The position numbers and the translations under genes were made by a program. A stretch of 64,000 bases of DNA from an uncultured Spirochaetota bacterium (GTDB taxonomy: Bacteria; Spirochaetota; Brevinematia; Brevinematales; JAOACQ01), in NCBI GenBank assembly GCA_963835575.1, contig CAWIGG010000006.1:368857-432856 (forward strand). The letters run 5' to 3'. Shown piece after piece: positions 32,341-45,557 of the stretch (position 1 is the first letter of the stretch; each line of letters begins with the position of its first letter). Under the pieces are notes generated by a model. The model saw only the letters and a program-made list of their open reading frames with translations, was not told the DNA's origin and did no database searches.

Positions 32341-33267
32341 TCAATAATATTTAATTTTTACAACATGGGTATTCTTGCTTATCTGCGATAGAAAAGCCCA
32401 TTGATCCGGTAAAGTTTCAAAGGATTCATTTATAAAAACACTGTTTCCTTCCATTCTTGGCTTATATTGAAGGGGTAACGCAATCAGGTTCCCGAAACCG
32501 CCTTTCGGCATTGTGTCCTGATTTGGAAAGAAACGGTCATAAGAAGATAATCCTATCTGATGGCGGCTGTCCATCGTTTTGGTGAGAATAATGAATCCGA
32601 GTTTTCTCGCCTGGAAAGCGGGGATTTTAGCTTCAAAAAATATCCAGATATGCCCGCCATTACCGGAACGGGAACGTTCAAGGTACGCGGGAATATTCAG
32701 TTCCCGGCATGTCTTAATAAAGGCGTAAGCGTCATCCTGCCATTTACTTTCATCAAAATCACATGCCAGAAAGTTACATTTTTCATCCAGAAGCATAGGA
32801 TAGACACCGGCGGTAATTTTGCCGGAAAGATGGTCAGAAATGACTTTGGCCGTAAGAGGGGAATACTTCTTGTTTTCGCATTCACTGCATTTTAAAACAG
32901 GTTTCCTGCAAAACTTTCTATCCCATTCATTGGCGCAAACAGGCGAATACCCCGATTTTCCATTCCGGGTTTCCCACCGGACAGGATAAACATCCTCTCT
33001 GCCTTTAAACAGAGTTCGAAAGAGCAGAATTTTAGATTCGTTGGGGGATTGCTGGTTAATGTTTTCTTTATAGATCGGCGGGTTTTCTAAATCGGGTTTT
33101 ACCGGCATCTTTCTTAATATTTCTGTATCATCCGGCTTATGAATGGGAATTTGAGGGTATGATCCTTTGATTGCGGAAGTCCTGAGCCTGATATTTTCTT
33201 CTTTTAATGATTGATTTTCCAGCTTCAAAGTATTAATCTGATTTTTTAACTCGTCCAATTCAGACAT
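32341..33267 (-). pseudogene. Truncated primase-like N-terminus of a helicase (TOTE-type AEP domain)
   Basis: 'LFKGREDVY', 'GVYPML', 'DFD', 'ERSRSGNGGHIWIFF', 'DRFFPNQD', 'GNLIALPL'; ends before any helicase motif. Confidence 0.7.
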
Positions 33268-33285
33268 CTAAGAATCCAATAATCA

Positions 33286-33678
33286 TTATTCGGCCTTAAA
33301 GGGGTTAAATATATTCAAGCCGGGAATATTCTTAAAATCATTTTCGTTACGCGTTACCAGCGTCATTTTATTTATAATGGCAGTGGACGCAATGACCGCG
33401 TCGCCTAATTTTATTAAATATTTTCTTTTCAAATCGATAGTAAGCCGTAATATGGGATCTGTCATTAAAACAACGTTTGCCGGTTCAAGAAACTTTTCCG
33501 ATAATGAATAACCCTCTTCTGTATGTTTCTTCCAGCCTAGGAATTCAATCTTTGTTATAAAGGACATATTAAAAGAATTATTAAAAATTGTTTCGATTTC
33601 TTTTAACGATCCGGAAGGAATTTGATCTCCGAAATAGTAAATTAAAATGTTTGTGTCGATTAAGTATTTCTTTCCCAT
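33286..33678 (-). CDS. PIN-domain (VapC-like) toxin
   Basis: 'YLIDTNILIY', 'DAVIASTA', 'LVTRNENDF'. Confidence 0.9.
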   Translation of the reverse strand: MGKKYLIDTNILIYYFGDQIPSGSLKEIETIFNNSFNMSFITKIEFLGWKKHTEEGYSLSEKFLEPANVVLMTDPILRLTIDLKRKYLIKLGDAVIASTAIINKMTLVTRNENDFKNIPGLNIFNPFKAE

Positions 33679-33923
33679 TCATTCCTCATATCATTGCTTT
33701 CTTTTGTTAAATTGAGGTCCCGTCCTTTGTAAATCCCGCGGTAACGGGAAAGATCGGGTTTTTGACCTATGTTTATCTTTGATTTATTCTGTAAAATTTT
33801 GATGCGGTCCTGTAATCCGGAAGATTTTAATTGGATGACAATATTCTCCAGCAAGTCGAGTTTATCATTTATAGTTAATTCTTCAACTTCTTTTTCGATT
33901 TTTTCTATTGCGGTTAAAGGCAT
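33660..33923 (-). CDS. Putative antitoxin
   Basis: Small gene overlapping the PIN gene start; ends 'MRNEWER'. Confidence 0.7.
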   Translation of the reverse strand: MPLTAIEKIEKEVEELTINDKLDLLENIVIQLKSSGLQDRIKILQNKSKINIGQKPDLSRYRGIYKGRDLNLTKESNDMRNEWERNT

Positions 33924-34116
33924 AAATACCTCCTATTATTCATTTAATATATTATATACCACATATTATTAATCTGACAAGAAAAGAATAAAAAACAAAA
34001 CTTTGTTTTAATACGAGTTAAATTATCAAAATGAACCAAACTAACCAAAGAATTAAATGTAAAATCAATAAAAATGCTGTTCAAAAACTTGGGCCACAAG
34101 TGTAAACACTTGATGC

Positions 34117-34250
34117 ATATAGAATTAGATATGTTCGGAGAGAGGGGGTTGCGGATGATGCATAATTCCTTATATACCATAGAATAACAAAACTTCCAAA
34201 AAATTTTACTGACACCTGGCTGACAAAATAAAACACTTATTTTTTATAAA
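34117..34250. repeat. att-like junction copy 1 (core CGGAGAGAGGGGG at 34136-34148)
   Basis: ~130-bp near-identical direct repeat with 37818-37950; core resembles the reverse complement of a tRNA-Ser 3' end. Confidence 0.75.
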
Positions 34251-34403
34251 AATCACCAAATATTTGGGGAAATATTTTATTTATTTAATTATTTAAAAAT
34301 TGGCTTCATGGTATAGCCAGGATATATGAATATTTTATTTACTCGTTTATCTTGGCCAAGGCAGCGGGAGGTGAAGGAAATAAGCAGAATAAAGCGTATT
34401 TTG

Positions 34404-37400
34404 TTATCCCCGTTTCAATGATCCCTTTAATTTTGCTTGACTGCTCTCCGGCCGGCGCTTCTCGAACCGGCAGAGTACACTATATACGCAGGGCACAACA
34501 AAAATTGTCAATAAAGTGGAAACTATTATACCTCCGATCAGCGCGATCGCCATCGGGATGCGGCTTTCCGCCGACGGGCCGATTGAAAGTGCAGGAGGTA
34601 TAGCCCCTGCTATTGTTGCCAGTGAGGTCATCAAGATCGGACGCAGACGGATCGGGCATGCTTCCAGCAGGGCGTCCTTGACTGATTTTGCACCGCCGAC
34701 GCGTACTCGTTTTGTGAAATCGATCAAGAGAATTGAATTTTTCTTCACGATCCCCATAAGAAGGATGAGACCGATCATGCTGTAAATATTGATGGAACGG
34801 CCGGAGACGAACAGGGCAATGAGCGCTCCTGAGGCGCTGAATGGAAGGGCCATTAACACTGTGATGGGGTCGATGAAGCTGTTGAACTGGACCGCGAGCA
34901 CCATATATGCGATGAATATTCCCAGAACCAGGGCAAATATCAGGCTTTGGTAAGATTCATCGAATGTTTTTGAACTTCCGCTCATGGTGATATAATATCC
35001 GGCAGGCAGGATGCGTTTGGATATAGCCTCAACCGCTTGAAGCGCATTCTGTTGAAACTTTCCTGTTTTCACATTTGCATATATTGTGACGGAGCGTTCG
35101 CGGTTATAACGATTGACTGTGATCTTAGTATTTTTTTCCTCTATATCTACCAGCTTATAGAGAGGGATCCTCTCTCCATGGCTGTTCCACACATAGAGAC
35201 TTTTTATCTTTTCTTTGGGATCCTGCCCGGTATCTTCAAGTTTTATATTGATGTCATAGCGGTGGCTGCCTTCAAGGTAAGTCCCGACTATGATCCCGCC
35301 GATCATTGCATTTACAGTTTGGTCGATGCTGGATATGCTGACGGCATACGCAATCGCTTTTTTCCTGTTCGGAATGATATGAAGTTCAGGAGCACCTTCC
35401 TGAAAATCCGAGTCCAGGTCGGTAATGAGACCGGTTTTATCCAGTTCAGCCATGATTTGACTCGAATACTTTGCCAACGCATCCCAATCAGGCCCCTGTA
35501 CTGTGAATTCGACAGGGAAACCCCGGGACGCGACAAAATTGCGCATCGAAAGGTCTTGAATGACTGCGCGGACATCCTGAATCTTGTTGAAGCGGCTCCG
35601 GCAAAGCGCCATGAATTCCTGCTGGCTTAGCTCGTGCCCGGCGTCCTTGTCGATGCCTCTGTGACCGCGGTCTTTCATCGTTACCAGAACCTGCCCGCTG
35701 TTGGCATCGCCCGGAGAACCTCCTCCAACTTGAAGGACATAGCGGTCGATCTCCTTTCTGGTTGCGAGGAATTTTTCAACCTCGGAAAACCTGGAATCGG
35801 AATAGGCAAGTGATGACCCGATTGGCGTCTTCAGACGGATATTAAAGCGGCTCTGGTCTTCAGCCGGCAGGAACTCTTTATTGATGAAGCGTAATGTCAT
35901 GAAGCTCAGGAAGAAAAAAGTGAACGCCAATGTAATGACGATCAGACGGTGTTCCAAAACCCATGACAGGGTGTGCTTGTAGATATTTGTCAATCCGGAA
36001 AGCAGCCAGTCAATAAGACTGCCAATTCTTGTCTTTCTGCTTCCGGCATCGACAAACTGGGAACAGAACATGGGGGTCAGGGTCAGAGCGTTTACCAATG
36101 ACAGCGATACTGCAACCGTGATTGTTACACCGAACTGGAAAAAATACTTTCCAATCACTCCGCTCATAAATGCAACCGGTAGAAAAATGGCTACAATGGA
36201 GATGGTTGCCGCAGTTGCCGCGAAACTGATCTCTCTGGAACCTTCCATGGCTGCAGTCATCCGGTTTTTACCCCTTTCCTGGTGCCGGACAATATTTTCC
36301 AGCACTATGATCGCATCATCGACAACTATTCCAACGGAAAGACTCAGTCCCATTAATGTAAAAGTATTTAAAGTAAATCCTGAAAAATAAAGAACGATAA
36401 AGGTTCCGATCACCGAAGTCGGCATGGAAAGAAGAACATTCAAAGTTGAGGACCATGATCCGAGAAAGATCCAGCAGACGAACGCGGTCAGTAATATAGA
36501 AAGGATGAGTATGAAATTCAGTTCCTTGACGGACTGTTCAATATATCGGGTGCTGTCGAAATTAATAGCCAGATGCATACCTTCAGGAAGACTTTTCTGT
36601 ATCTCATCGACCTTGGCGCGGATATCTTTGGCCACATTTACTGAATTTGCACCGCGCTGTTTTCTGATGCTGAGCCCGACGCCGGGAACGCCATTCCCAC
36701 GGCTCAGTCTTGTGACATCCGCCAGACCTTCATCGACTTTTGCGACATCTTTAAGTGAAAGCATTGCATAATTAGGCTGACCGTTACGCTGATCGATACT
36801 GAGATTCTCAAATTGTGTAACTGTTGTTGCTTCACCCATTGTCCGTACAAAAAGTTGTTTATTATCTTTATTTATAGTACCAGCTGGAGATTCCGAATGT
36901 CCCTTCTGAATGGCATCGACGATGTCGGAAACTGTTAAATCATAATAATTGAGGCTTTTTGCTGACAGCCAGATCCGAAGGTTTGGATCAACATATCCGC
37001 CCAGAGTGATATCACCCACTCCCGCGACCATGGCGAACTGATTTTTCAAACGGTCGTTGACAAATTCCATGAGGTACCTGAGAGGATACCGGTCACTGTC
37101 TAAAGTCAGTAAAAGGATAGGCTGATCCTCAGGATTGACTTTTGAAATAGTCGGAGGTTTGGCGTCTTTTGGAAGGCGTTGCTGGATTTGCGCTACCTTG
37201 GCCTGGACGTCCTGGACCGCAATGTCGATATTACGGCTCAAGTCGAATTCAATGGTAACGGTTCCTTCGCTGTTTTCCGATTGAGATGTGACGTGGCGGA
37301 CACCCTGAATGCTCATCACTGCGTCTTCAACAGTATCGACGATCTCAGTCTCAATGACTTCTGGGGCAGCGCCTTCAAACCTGATATTAACCGAGACTAC

Positions 37401-37529
37401 CGGAAAATCGACATCCGGAAGCTGGCTGATCCCTATCCTCATGAGTGAAATCCCGCCCAATACGATGAGCCCGGTCATCAGCATCCAGGCGAATAATGGG
37501 CGTTTAATCGAAAGTTCAGATAAAGTCAT
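34404..37529 (-). CDS. AcrB/AcrD/AcrF-family RND permease
   Basis: 1041 aa; 'PDVDFPVV', 'GIVVDDAIIVLENI', 'RLRPILMTS'. Confidence 0.95.
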   Translation of the reverse strand: MTLSELSIKRPLFAWMLMTGLIVLGGISLMRIGISQLPDVDFPVVSVNIRFEGAAPEVIETEIVDTVEDAVMSIQGVRHVTSQSENSEGTVTIEFDLSRNIDIAVQDVQAKVAQIQQRLPKDAKPPTISKVNPEDQPILLLTLDSDRYPLRYLMEFVNDRLKNQFAMVAGVGDITLGGYVDPNLRIWLSAKSLNYYDLTVSDIVDAIQKGHSESPAGTINKDNKQLFVRTMGEATTVTQFENLSIDQRNGQPNYAMLSLKDVAKVDEGLADVTRLSRGNGVPGVGLSIRKQRGANSVNVAKDIRAKVDEIQKSLPEGMHLAINFDSTRYIEQSVKELNFILILSILLTAFVCWIFLGSWSSTLNVLLSMPTSVIGTFIVLYFSGFTLNTFTLMGLSLSVGIVVDDAIIVLENIVRHQERGKNRMTAAMEGSREISFAATAATISIVAIFLPVAFMSGVIGKYFFQFGVTITVAVSLSLVNALTLTPMFCSQFVDAGSRKTRIGSLIDWLLSGLTNIYKHTLSWVLEHRLIVITLAFTFFFLSFMTLRFINKEFLPAEDQSRFNIRLKTPIGSSLAYSDSRFSEVEKFLATRKEIDRYVLQVGGGSPGDANSGQVLVTMKDRGHRGIDKDAGHELSQQEFMALCRSRFNKIQDVRAVIQDLSMRNFVASRGFPVEFTVQGPDWDALAKYSSQIMAELDKTGLITDLDSDFQEGAPELHIIPNRKKAIAYAVSISSIDQTVNAMIGGIIVGTYLEGSHRYDINIKLEDTGQDPKEKIKSLYVWNSHGERIPLYKLVDIEEKNTKITVNRYNRERSVTIYANVKTGKFQQNALQAVEAISKRILPAGYYITMSGSSKTFDESYQSLIFALVLGIFIAYMVLAVQFNSFIDPITVLMALPFSASGALIALFVSGRSINIYSMIGLILLMGIVKKNSILLIDFTKRVRVGGAKSVKDALLEACPIRLRPILMTSLATIAGAIPPALSIGPSAESRIPMAIALIGGIIVSTLLTIFVVPCVYSVLCRFEKRRPESSQAKLKGSLKRG

Positions 37530-37817
37530 AATTTAAAATCCGCCGGAATAAATAATCTGGGACCACCAAAAAAATGTTATATTTGTATAGAATCATTTAT
37601 CCTCCACAATTATTATCTGTTACTCGCAATGAAATACTTAACAATCAGATAATTGCTTGTGCATGTGAAAAACCTAATTCATTATATTTTAATAGTATTA
37701 AGTTGGCAAATTTCTACCAAAACTAACCAAACCAGCCAAAAGATTTCATCAAATAACCAACAATTATGTTAAATGATTAGTTAAATAAAGATGTGAATAT
37801 TTTTAATTGATTGTAAT

Positions 37818-37950
37818 ATATAGACTTAGATATGCTCGGAGAGAGGGGGTTACGGATAATGCGTAATTCCTTATATACCATAGAATAACAAAACTTCCAA
37901 AAAATTTTACTGACACCTGGCTGACAAAATAAAAACATCTATTTTTTAAA
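37818..37950. repeat. att-like junction copy 2 (core at 37837-37849)
   Basis: Direct repeat of 34117-34250, offset 3701 bp. Confidence 0.75.
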
Positions 37951-38036
37951 AATCCAGATACTTTATTTAATAATTGGTAATAAATTTATAATCCTTTTCT
38001 TATTTTAATCTTAATCACACACTTGAGGCGTTACAA

Positions 38037-39553
38037 AGTTAAAATCCGGACTGAATGATCATATTACCCGAGAAAGTTATAAAATTATTAAATAAGCCAT
38101 TTTCAATATGACATCGAGTTTTTGTCAAATGTTGTGTATGACATACCCTCTCATTTTTTTATGCTGCCTTTTTTACAAGCTCTCCGTTCTCAAAAACAGC
38201 GCCTTCCAATACAAGGCTAATCTTTTCATAACCTCTTAATTTTCTCCATCGCCTGGATGCCTTATCCAGTAATTTATAGACCATTATTAGAATCGTTTCC
38301 CTGGTTCCGCAGCCTCTCATCTTTTTAGTTCTTAATCGAACTGTAGAGAAGGTAGATTCTATTACGTTTGTCGTACGGATATGTACCCAATGTTCCGCCG
38401 GACAGTTATAAAATTCGATCATAAGCTCCCAATCCTTTTCTAAACATTCGACAGCTGCTGGATATTTAGGATTAAAAACCGCCTGGAATAATTCAAAAGC
38501 TTTGATAGCATTATCCTTATCAGGAGCATTGCATATCTCATGAAGCATCTCTTTTGCCTTTGACTGTAATACTTTGGGCAGCTTGTTTAGAATGTTCTTT
38601 ATCTTATGAACCCAGCATCTCTGCCATCTGGATTCAGGATATACTTCTTTGGCTGCTTTCCAGAATCCAAGGCTTCCGTCTCCGATAAAAAGAATAGGAC
38701 CTTTCAAACCTTTTTCTTTTAGGTTTCTTAATATCCCTAACCAAGTCTCGGAATTCTCTCTGTAACCTTCTTCAACAAGAATAATCTCCTTTTCACCATT
38801 CTCATTGGCTCCGATCATTACAAGAGTGCATAAACGGTCTTCGCTGCCCTGTACATTGAAGTAAATGCCGTCAACCCATATATAGCAATACTTTTTATCG
38901 CTTAAATCGGATGTCCGCCACTCATCATATTCTTTACCCCATCCTTGTTTCATTCTGCTTATACTTGAGGCTGATAATCCTTTCGCTTCTTCACCAAGCA
39001 ATCCTCTCAAGGCATTCTCCATATCCATCTCTGAGACTCCATAGAGATACAACAATGGAATGGCTTCCTCAATTCTCAGGCTTTTTCTCATATACGGCGG
39101 TACTATTAGGCTTTGAAAATTGTCGCCTCCGAGTCGGTTCCTTGTTCTCGGAATACATACATCAATAGCCCCTCCACCAATGAGAATCTGACGGGCTTTA
39201 TGATACCCATTTCTTACTATTGCCTTTCTCCCGTCTTCGATAGTTAAATGCTCTCTCTCCTGAAGAAACCCATTAATTTCATCTTCCAGAGCCTTCTTGA
39301 TTATTTCCCTGGCCCCGATCCTTGCCAATTCTTCAAGACATAAAAATTCTACTGTTTCATCTTGATTAAAAGCCTGTAAGAGCTTAAAATCTTCGTTGTG
39401 CTTCGGCATATGGCGTATTCCTCCTTTTGTTTATTGTCGTAAATAAATTATAGAGGGTACGCCATCTTTTTTATAATATTTATTCCTATACACAACTTTC
39501 TATTATAACTCTATGACATCGCTGATTCATTCGGCAGCTTTTGCGACAGACTC
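38037..39553 (+). mobile_element. Right-end remnant of an IS1182 relative of 48394-52671, itself split by IS256
   Basis: 38037-38115 plus 39521-39553 match ~52560-52671, including TIR GCTTTTGCGACAGACTC followed by the same CCGT target. Confidence 0.85.
38116..39511 (-). mobile_element. IS256-family insertion sequence (transposase 38159-39409)
   Basis: 'YIWVDGIY', 'GDGSLG', 'QRCWVHK', 'IRTTNVIES'; GAGTT...AACTC ends; 9-bp TSD TATGACATC. Confidence 0.93.
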
Positions 39554-39648
39554 CCGTGTTAAACGCTGGCCCGGTCGAAATCGGAACAAATAGCAAAGCC
39601 ACGGATGGCGATGTATGTCAGTAGTTCAACTAATTTAAATAGGAGTTA

Positions 39649-40407
39649 TTATTTTGACATTAATAATCTTTTTCTTTCTTCAATTATACTTTTATATTCT
39701 TTCTCATTTGTTCCGCAAACGAAATTATCTACAAATTCCCAATATGCACTTAGCATTTCGTTTTCATTCCCATACTTATTCTTTTTACTTATTTTATATT
39801 TACTTATATTATCAAAATCAGCAATTTTTATATCGATTGAAGTTTTTACTTCAGGTATTAATCCAAAGAAAAAAGCATCGGCACACATACATAAGTTTTT
39901 GGATGTTGCAATTTCCATTTCATTTTGGATTGTAACAAATAAATCATTAAAATTAGTAATCTCATTTATTTTATTATTCATTAGTAACTTTTCTGTTTCA
40001 GGAACATCTTCTAATCCATCAGATATTGTTTTGTTATTCAGTGCTGCGGTTATCATTTCACTTATATTGTTTTTCCTTCTTGCACTATTTGGAGAAACAT
40101 ATATTCTTTTGTTTTGATTTAAATCTTCTGCTATAATTATATCATCGAAATCGATTTTTCCAGGATCATAATACTTCAATGTTTGCAAACCAGCATTTTT
40201 TACGTCTATAAATATTTCTAAATTCTTTTTCTGAAAATATTCATCATTATTTCTATTCTTTTTATATATCATAGTATTAACTATTGTATTTTCGATTAAT
40301 TTTTCATTTACAAGGTTAATCTTATAAACATCCCATTGAGATCCGGAACCAAGATATTTTTCTGATTCAACATTTAACCTATTATCTTTGTGATAATATG
40401 TTTTCAC
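39649..40407 (-). CDS. Cassette 10 gene, possible protein-kinase-like fold
   Basis: GTG start after AAGGGG; 'YLGSGSQWDVYK' Gly loop and 'IKIADFD' DFG-like motif. Confidence 0.55.
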   Translation of the reverse strand: MKTYYHKDNRLNVESEKYLGSGSQWDVYKINLVNEKLIENTIVNTMIYKKNRNNDEYFQKKNLEIFIDVKNAGLQTLKYYDPGKIDFDDIIIAEDLNQNKRIYVSPNSARRKNNISEMITAALNNKTISDGLEDVPETEKLLMNNKINEITNFNDLFVTIQNEMEIATSKNLCMCADAFFFGLIPEVKTSIDIKIADFDNISKYKISKKNKYGNENEMLSAYWEFVDNFVCGTNEKEYKSIIEERKRLLMSK

Positions 40408-40426
40408 TTATTCCCCTTATTCCCGG

Positions 40427-42451
<2,025 letters not shown>

Positions 42452-42473
42452 CAAGGATGCCGCATATAATTCT

Positions 42474-42692
42474 CTATTTCAACTTTTTATGAAATCTATT
42501 ATTATCAATGTCTTTTTTTATTAAATCTAGAAAAAACGATTCTTCATCTTTATTTGCACCATATTTATAAATATTTCCTTTTTTATCTTTATAAAAATAT
42601 TTTATATAACCTTCACCAATCTCAATATTAATTTCATACTCTTCACCATCCTTATCTGTATAACGAAAGACTTTCATTTCATTCATAATCAT
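42474..42692 (-). CDS. Cassette 10 small hypothetical protein
   Basis: 72-aa ORF overlapping the upstream gene, AT-rich. Confidence 0.55.
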   Translation of the reverse strand: MIMNEMKVFRYTDKDGEEYEINIEIGEGYIKYFYKDKKGNIYKYGANKDEESFFLDLIKKDIDNNRFHKKLK

Positions 42693-42972
42693 CCTCTTTC
42701 ATAGTAACTGAATATAAATCAATATAAGTAACTAAAGATTCAACTAATTCGTCATTTGACATATCATCAACTGATTTCAAGAATTTTTCTTTTGCTTTAT
42801 CAAAGCATTTAATAAATAAGCTATCATTTGGTAGTTCTTTTGAATGTTTAAGTTTTTCAAAATATTCTTTTGCTAATTTTGTTCGCTCTTTTAAAGGTCG
42901 ATCACCTAATAGTAAAATTAAACCTTCTGTAAGTTTTTGAATAGGATAATGATCAGACATAAAACCTCCCAA
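42679..42972 (-). CDS. Cassette 10 small hypothetical protein (likely start ATG 42960)
   Basis: GGAGG SD before 'MSDHYP'. Confidence 0.6.
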   Translation of the reverse strand: MGGFMSDHYPIQKLTEGLILLLGDRPLKERTKLAKEYFEKLKHSKELPNDSLFIKCFDKAKEKFLKSVDDMSNDELVESLVTYIDLYSVTMKEDDYE

Positions 42973-43031
42973 AATATTTTTGTTTTTTCGCCAAGGATGG
43001 CGAATAATTTATAAAAAACTCCGCAACTTTC

Positions 43032-44968
43032 AGCTAACGGTGCGGCTAGGCGACGTTTTGCGGCCCGCAGGGTTGGCGCAGTTTTTGCATTTTCAAAGTT
43101 TCCCCTGGAATTTACAAACACCGTTTTTTCAAAACTTTCCTAAATTTATTATATTGCAAAAAACGTGACAAAGCAAAATGTGGCGAAGCCCGAGGAGCGC
43201 AGGTTCGCAAACCGAGCACCGCAGCGCCCAGCCGCTGTTGAGTCTGTCGAAAAAGTGATATTTAATGTAAATTATTATCGATATAGCTTAAAATAATGAA
43301 TGAAATAAATCAATAGCGGAAGGTTATATGGCAAGATACAAGACAGTTAATTATGAGCAGATGGAAATGATACCGCTCAATTTTTCAGATCAGCTGATCG
43401 AAGGAACATATGAACACACACTCAATTTCCTAATCGAGGAAAAGGCTGACCTTTCCTGTTTTGATATAAATTATAAAAATGATAAAACAGGCTCGAAAGC
43501 GATTTCTCCGGCAATTCTTCTGAAAATAATCCTTTTTGCCTATTCGAAAGGTATTACTACATCACGCAGGATTGAGGAAGCTTGCCGGGTGAATGTCATC
43601 TTCAAAGCCCTGTCCGGGAATACCGTTCCAGACCATTCCACTATAGCCGCTTTTGTTACCGGTATGAAAGACCGGATTAAAATAGTATTTCAGTTTGTGC
43701 TGATGGTCTGTTCTTCTGCGGGATTGATCGGCGGGGACATGTTCGCCGTTGACGGCTGTAAATTGCCTTCAAACGCTTCTAAAGAATGGAGCGGTACATT
43801 CAAAGACCTGAAAAAGAAACAGGAAAAGTTTGAAAAGCTGGCGGCATTTCTACTGGAAAAACACGCGCAAGCTGACTGCTCCGGCGAAAATGAAAAGTCT
43901 AAAGCGCTTCAAAAAAGATCGGAAAAAATACGGAAGAAAGCGGAGAAAATCGATGCCTTTCTCAAATCCCAGAATCCCAAATACGGCAAGCGGGGACGTG
44001 AAAACCAATCGAATATTACCGATAACGAAAGCGCGAAAATCAAGAGTTCCCACGGTGTGATACAAGGTTATAATGGACTTGCGGTAGTGGATTCAAAGCA
44101 TCAGGTGATTACCGCGGCGGAAGCTTTTGGTTTAGGCCAGGAAGGGGAAGTATTGAAGCCGATGGTTGAAATAACGGAGGAAAATTTAAGCGTGATAAAA
44201 GGAGAAACAAATCCGCTGGAAGGAAAAACAATACTGGGGGACACGAATTATTTCAGCGAAGAAAATCTAAAATATCTGGCGGAAGAAAAGAAGATGGAAG
44301 CTGTGATACCGGACAATCAATTTCGAGGGAGGGATGAACGGTTTACCGATCGGGGAAGGTTCAAGCCGAAACCGATGAAATACCGGGAACACGATTTTGA
44401 AAAAAATGAAGCTGATAATACTTATATATGCCCGAATGGAAAAATATTAAGCTATAAGGGATACCAGAGGCAATTGAGTAATTTCGGCCATAAATATCAG
44501 GCCAGGCAGGCGGATTGTTCAAAATGCGGGAAAAGGGGACAATGCTTAAAACATCCCGATAAGACAAGGCAAAGAACATTATATCTGGTGGACAAAAGAG
44601 GGGATAAAAACTATTCAAAAGAAATGGTAAATAAAATTGATCTGCCGGAAATCAGGGATTTGTACAGCCGGAGGATGGGAATAATTGAGCCGGTATTCGG
44701 TAACATCCGTTCTTGTAAAGGTATGGACCGTTTTACGCTCAGGGGTAAGAGTAAGGTTAATATCCAGTGGCTTTTGTTCTGTATAGTGCATAATATTGGT
44801 AAAATCCAGATATTTGGTAAGATTTAAGGGGGTGTTCATAGCCATAATACCGGCTTGAAATTGGAAAAATGGAAAATCCGGATAGAGAAATGAAAAATGA
44901 TACTCTATCCGGCTTTCAGAAGACAGTTTTTATTCTCGTTTTTGGCTTTTTCGACAGGGTCGTTGTAC
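43032..44968 (-). other. attC-like site 9 (about 212 bp once the IS is removed)
   Basis: AGCTAAC-GGT-GCGGCTAGGCG ... CGCCCAGCCGC-T-GTT[IS]GTAC. Confidence 0.8.
43240..44961 (+). mobile_element. IS1182-family insertion sequence (transposase 43328-44827)
   Basis: TIR GAGTCTGTCGAAAAAG / GACCCTGTCGAAAAAG; 3-bp TSD GTT; 'PDHSTIA', 'VDG', 'IEPVFGNI'. Confidence 0.92.
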
Positions 44969-44983
44969 GAAGGTCGGGCCATT

Positions 44984-45514
44984 TTAAAAATTATTATTGT
45001 TATTTGTACTATTTATAGAGTCATAAATATTTCTTGATTGTAATATTAATAATTTTTGAACTTCATAAATTGAATTTTTTTCAAAATTTAAATCAAATTC
45101 TCTTCTTATCTTACCATCTCCAAGATAAATATAATTTATATATTGAACTCTATACTTTTTATCTTTTACATCAATAATTATTGTATATTCACACATTGGA
45201 GTTATAAATAGAAATGGGAAATGGACAACTCCTTTCCCAATTATTTTGCCTGTATTTATGTCCTTATTTTGAATAACAGATTTAGAGTCATTATAATTAA
45301 TGGCAATCCAATCTGCTAATTTATTATATATTTCTTCTTTTGTCTGGGAAACTTCATATACCAAAGATAAGTTTGATTCATCTAATAATACAATATGAGT
45401 ATCATTTGTTATTAGGTCGATAAATGATTTTGAACCATTGGTTAAAGTATTTGTTTCACCAAACGAGAAAATATTAACCATAAACAATAAAAATACCATT
45501 AAAGTAATCTTCAT
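44984..45514 (-). CDS. Cassette 9 secreted protein (DUF4468-like)
   Basis: Signal peptide; 'KEEIYNK..DWI...SKSVIQ..D..GKIIGKG', 'IDVKDKKYR'. Confidence 0.65.
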   Translation of the reverse strand: MKITLMVFLLFMVNIFSFGETNTLTNGSKSFIDLITNDTHIVLLDESNLSLVYEVSQTKEEIYNKLADWIAINYNDSKSVIQNKDINTGKIIGKGVVHFPFLFITPMCEYTIIIDVKDKKYRVQYINYIYLGDGKIRREFDLNFEKNSIYEVQKLLILQSRNIYDSINSTNNNNNF

Positions 45515-45557
45515 AAATAAACCTCCATAAAATTCTTTAAAACAATACGCTGGCCGG

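Noticed and set aside
34136..34148. tRNA gene
   Set aside because: Only a 13-bp 3'-end-like core is present (also at 37837); no T-loop TTCGA or cloverleaf.
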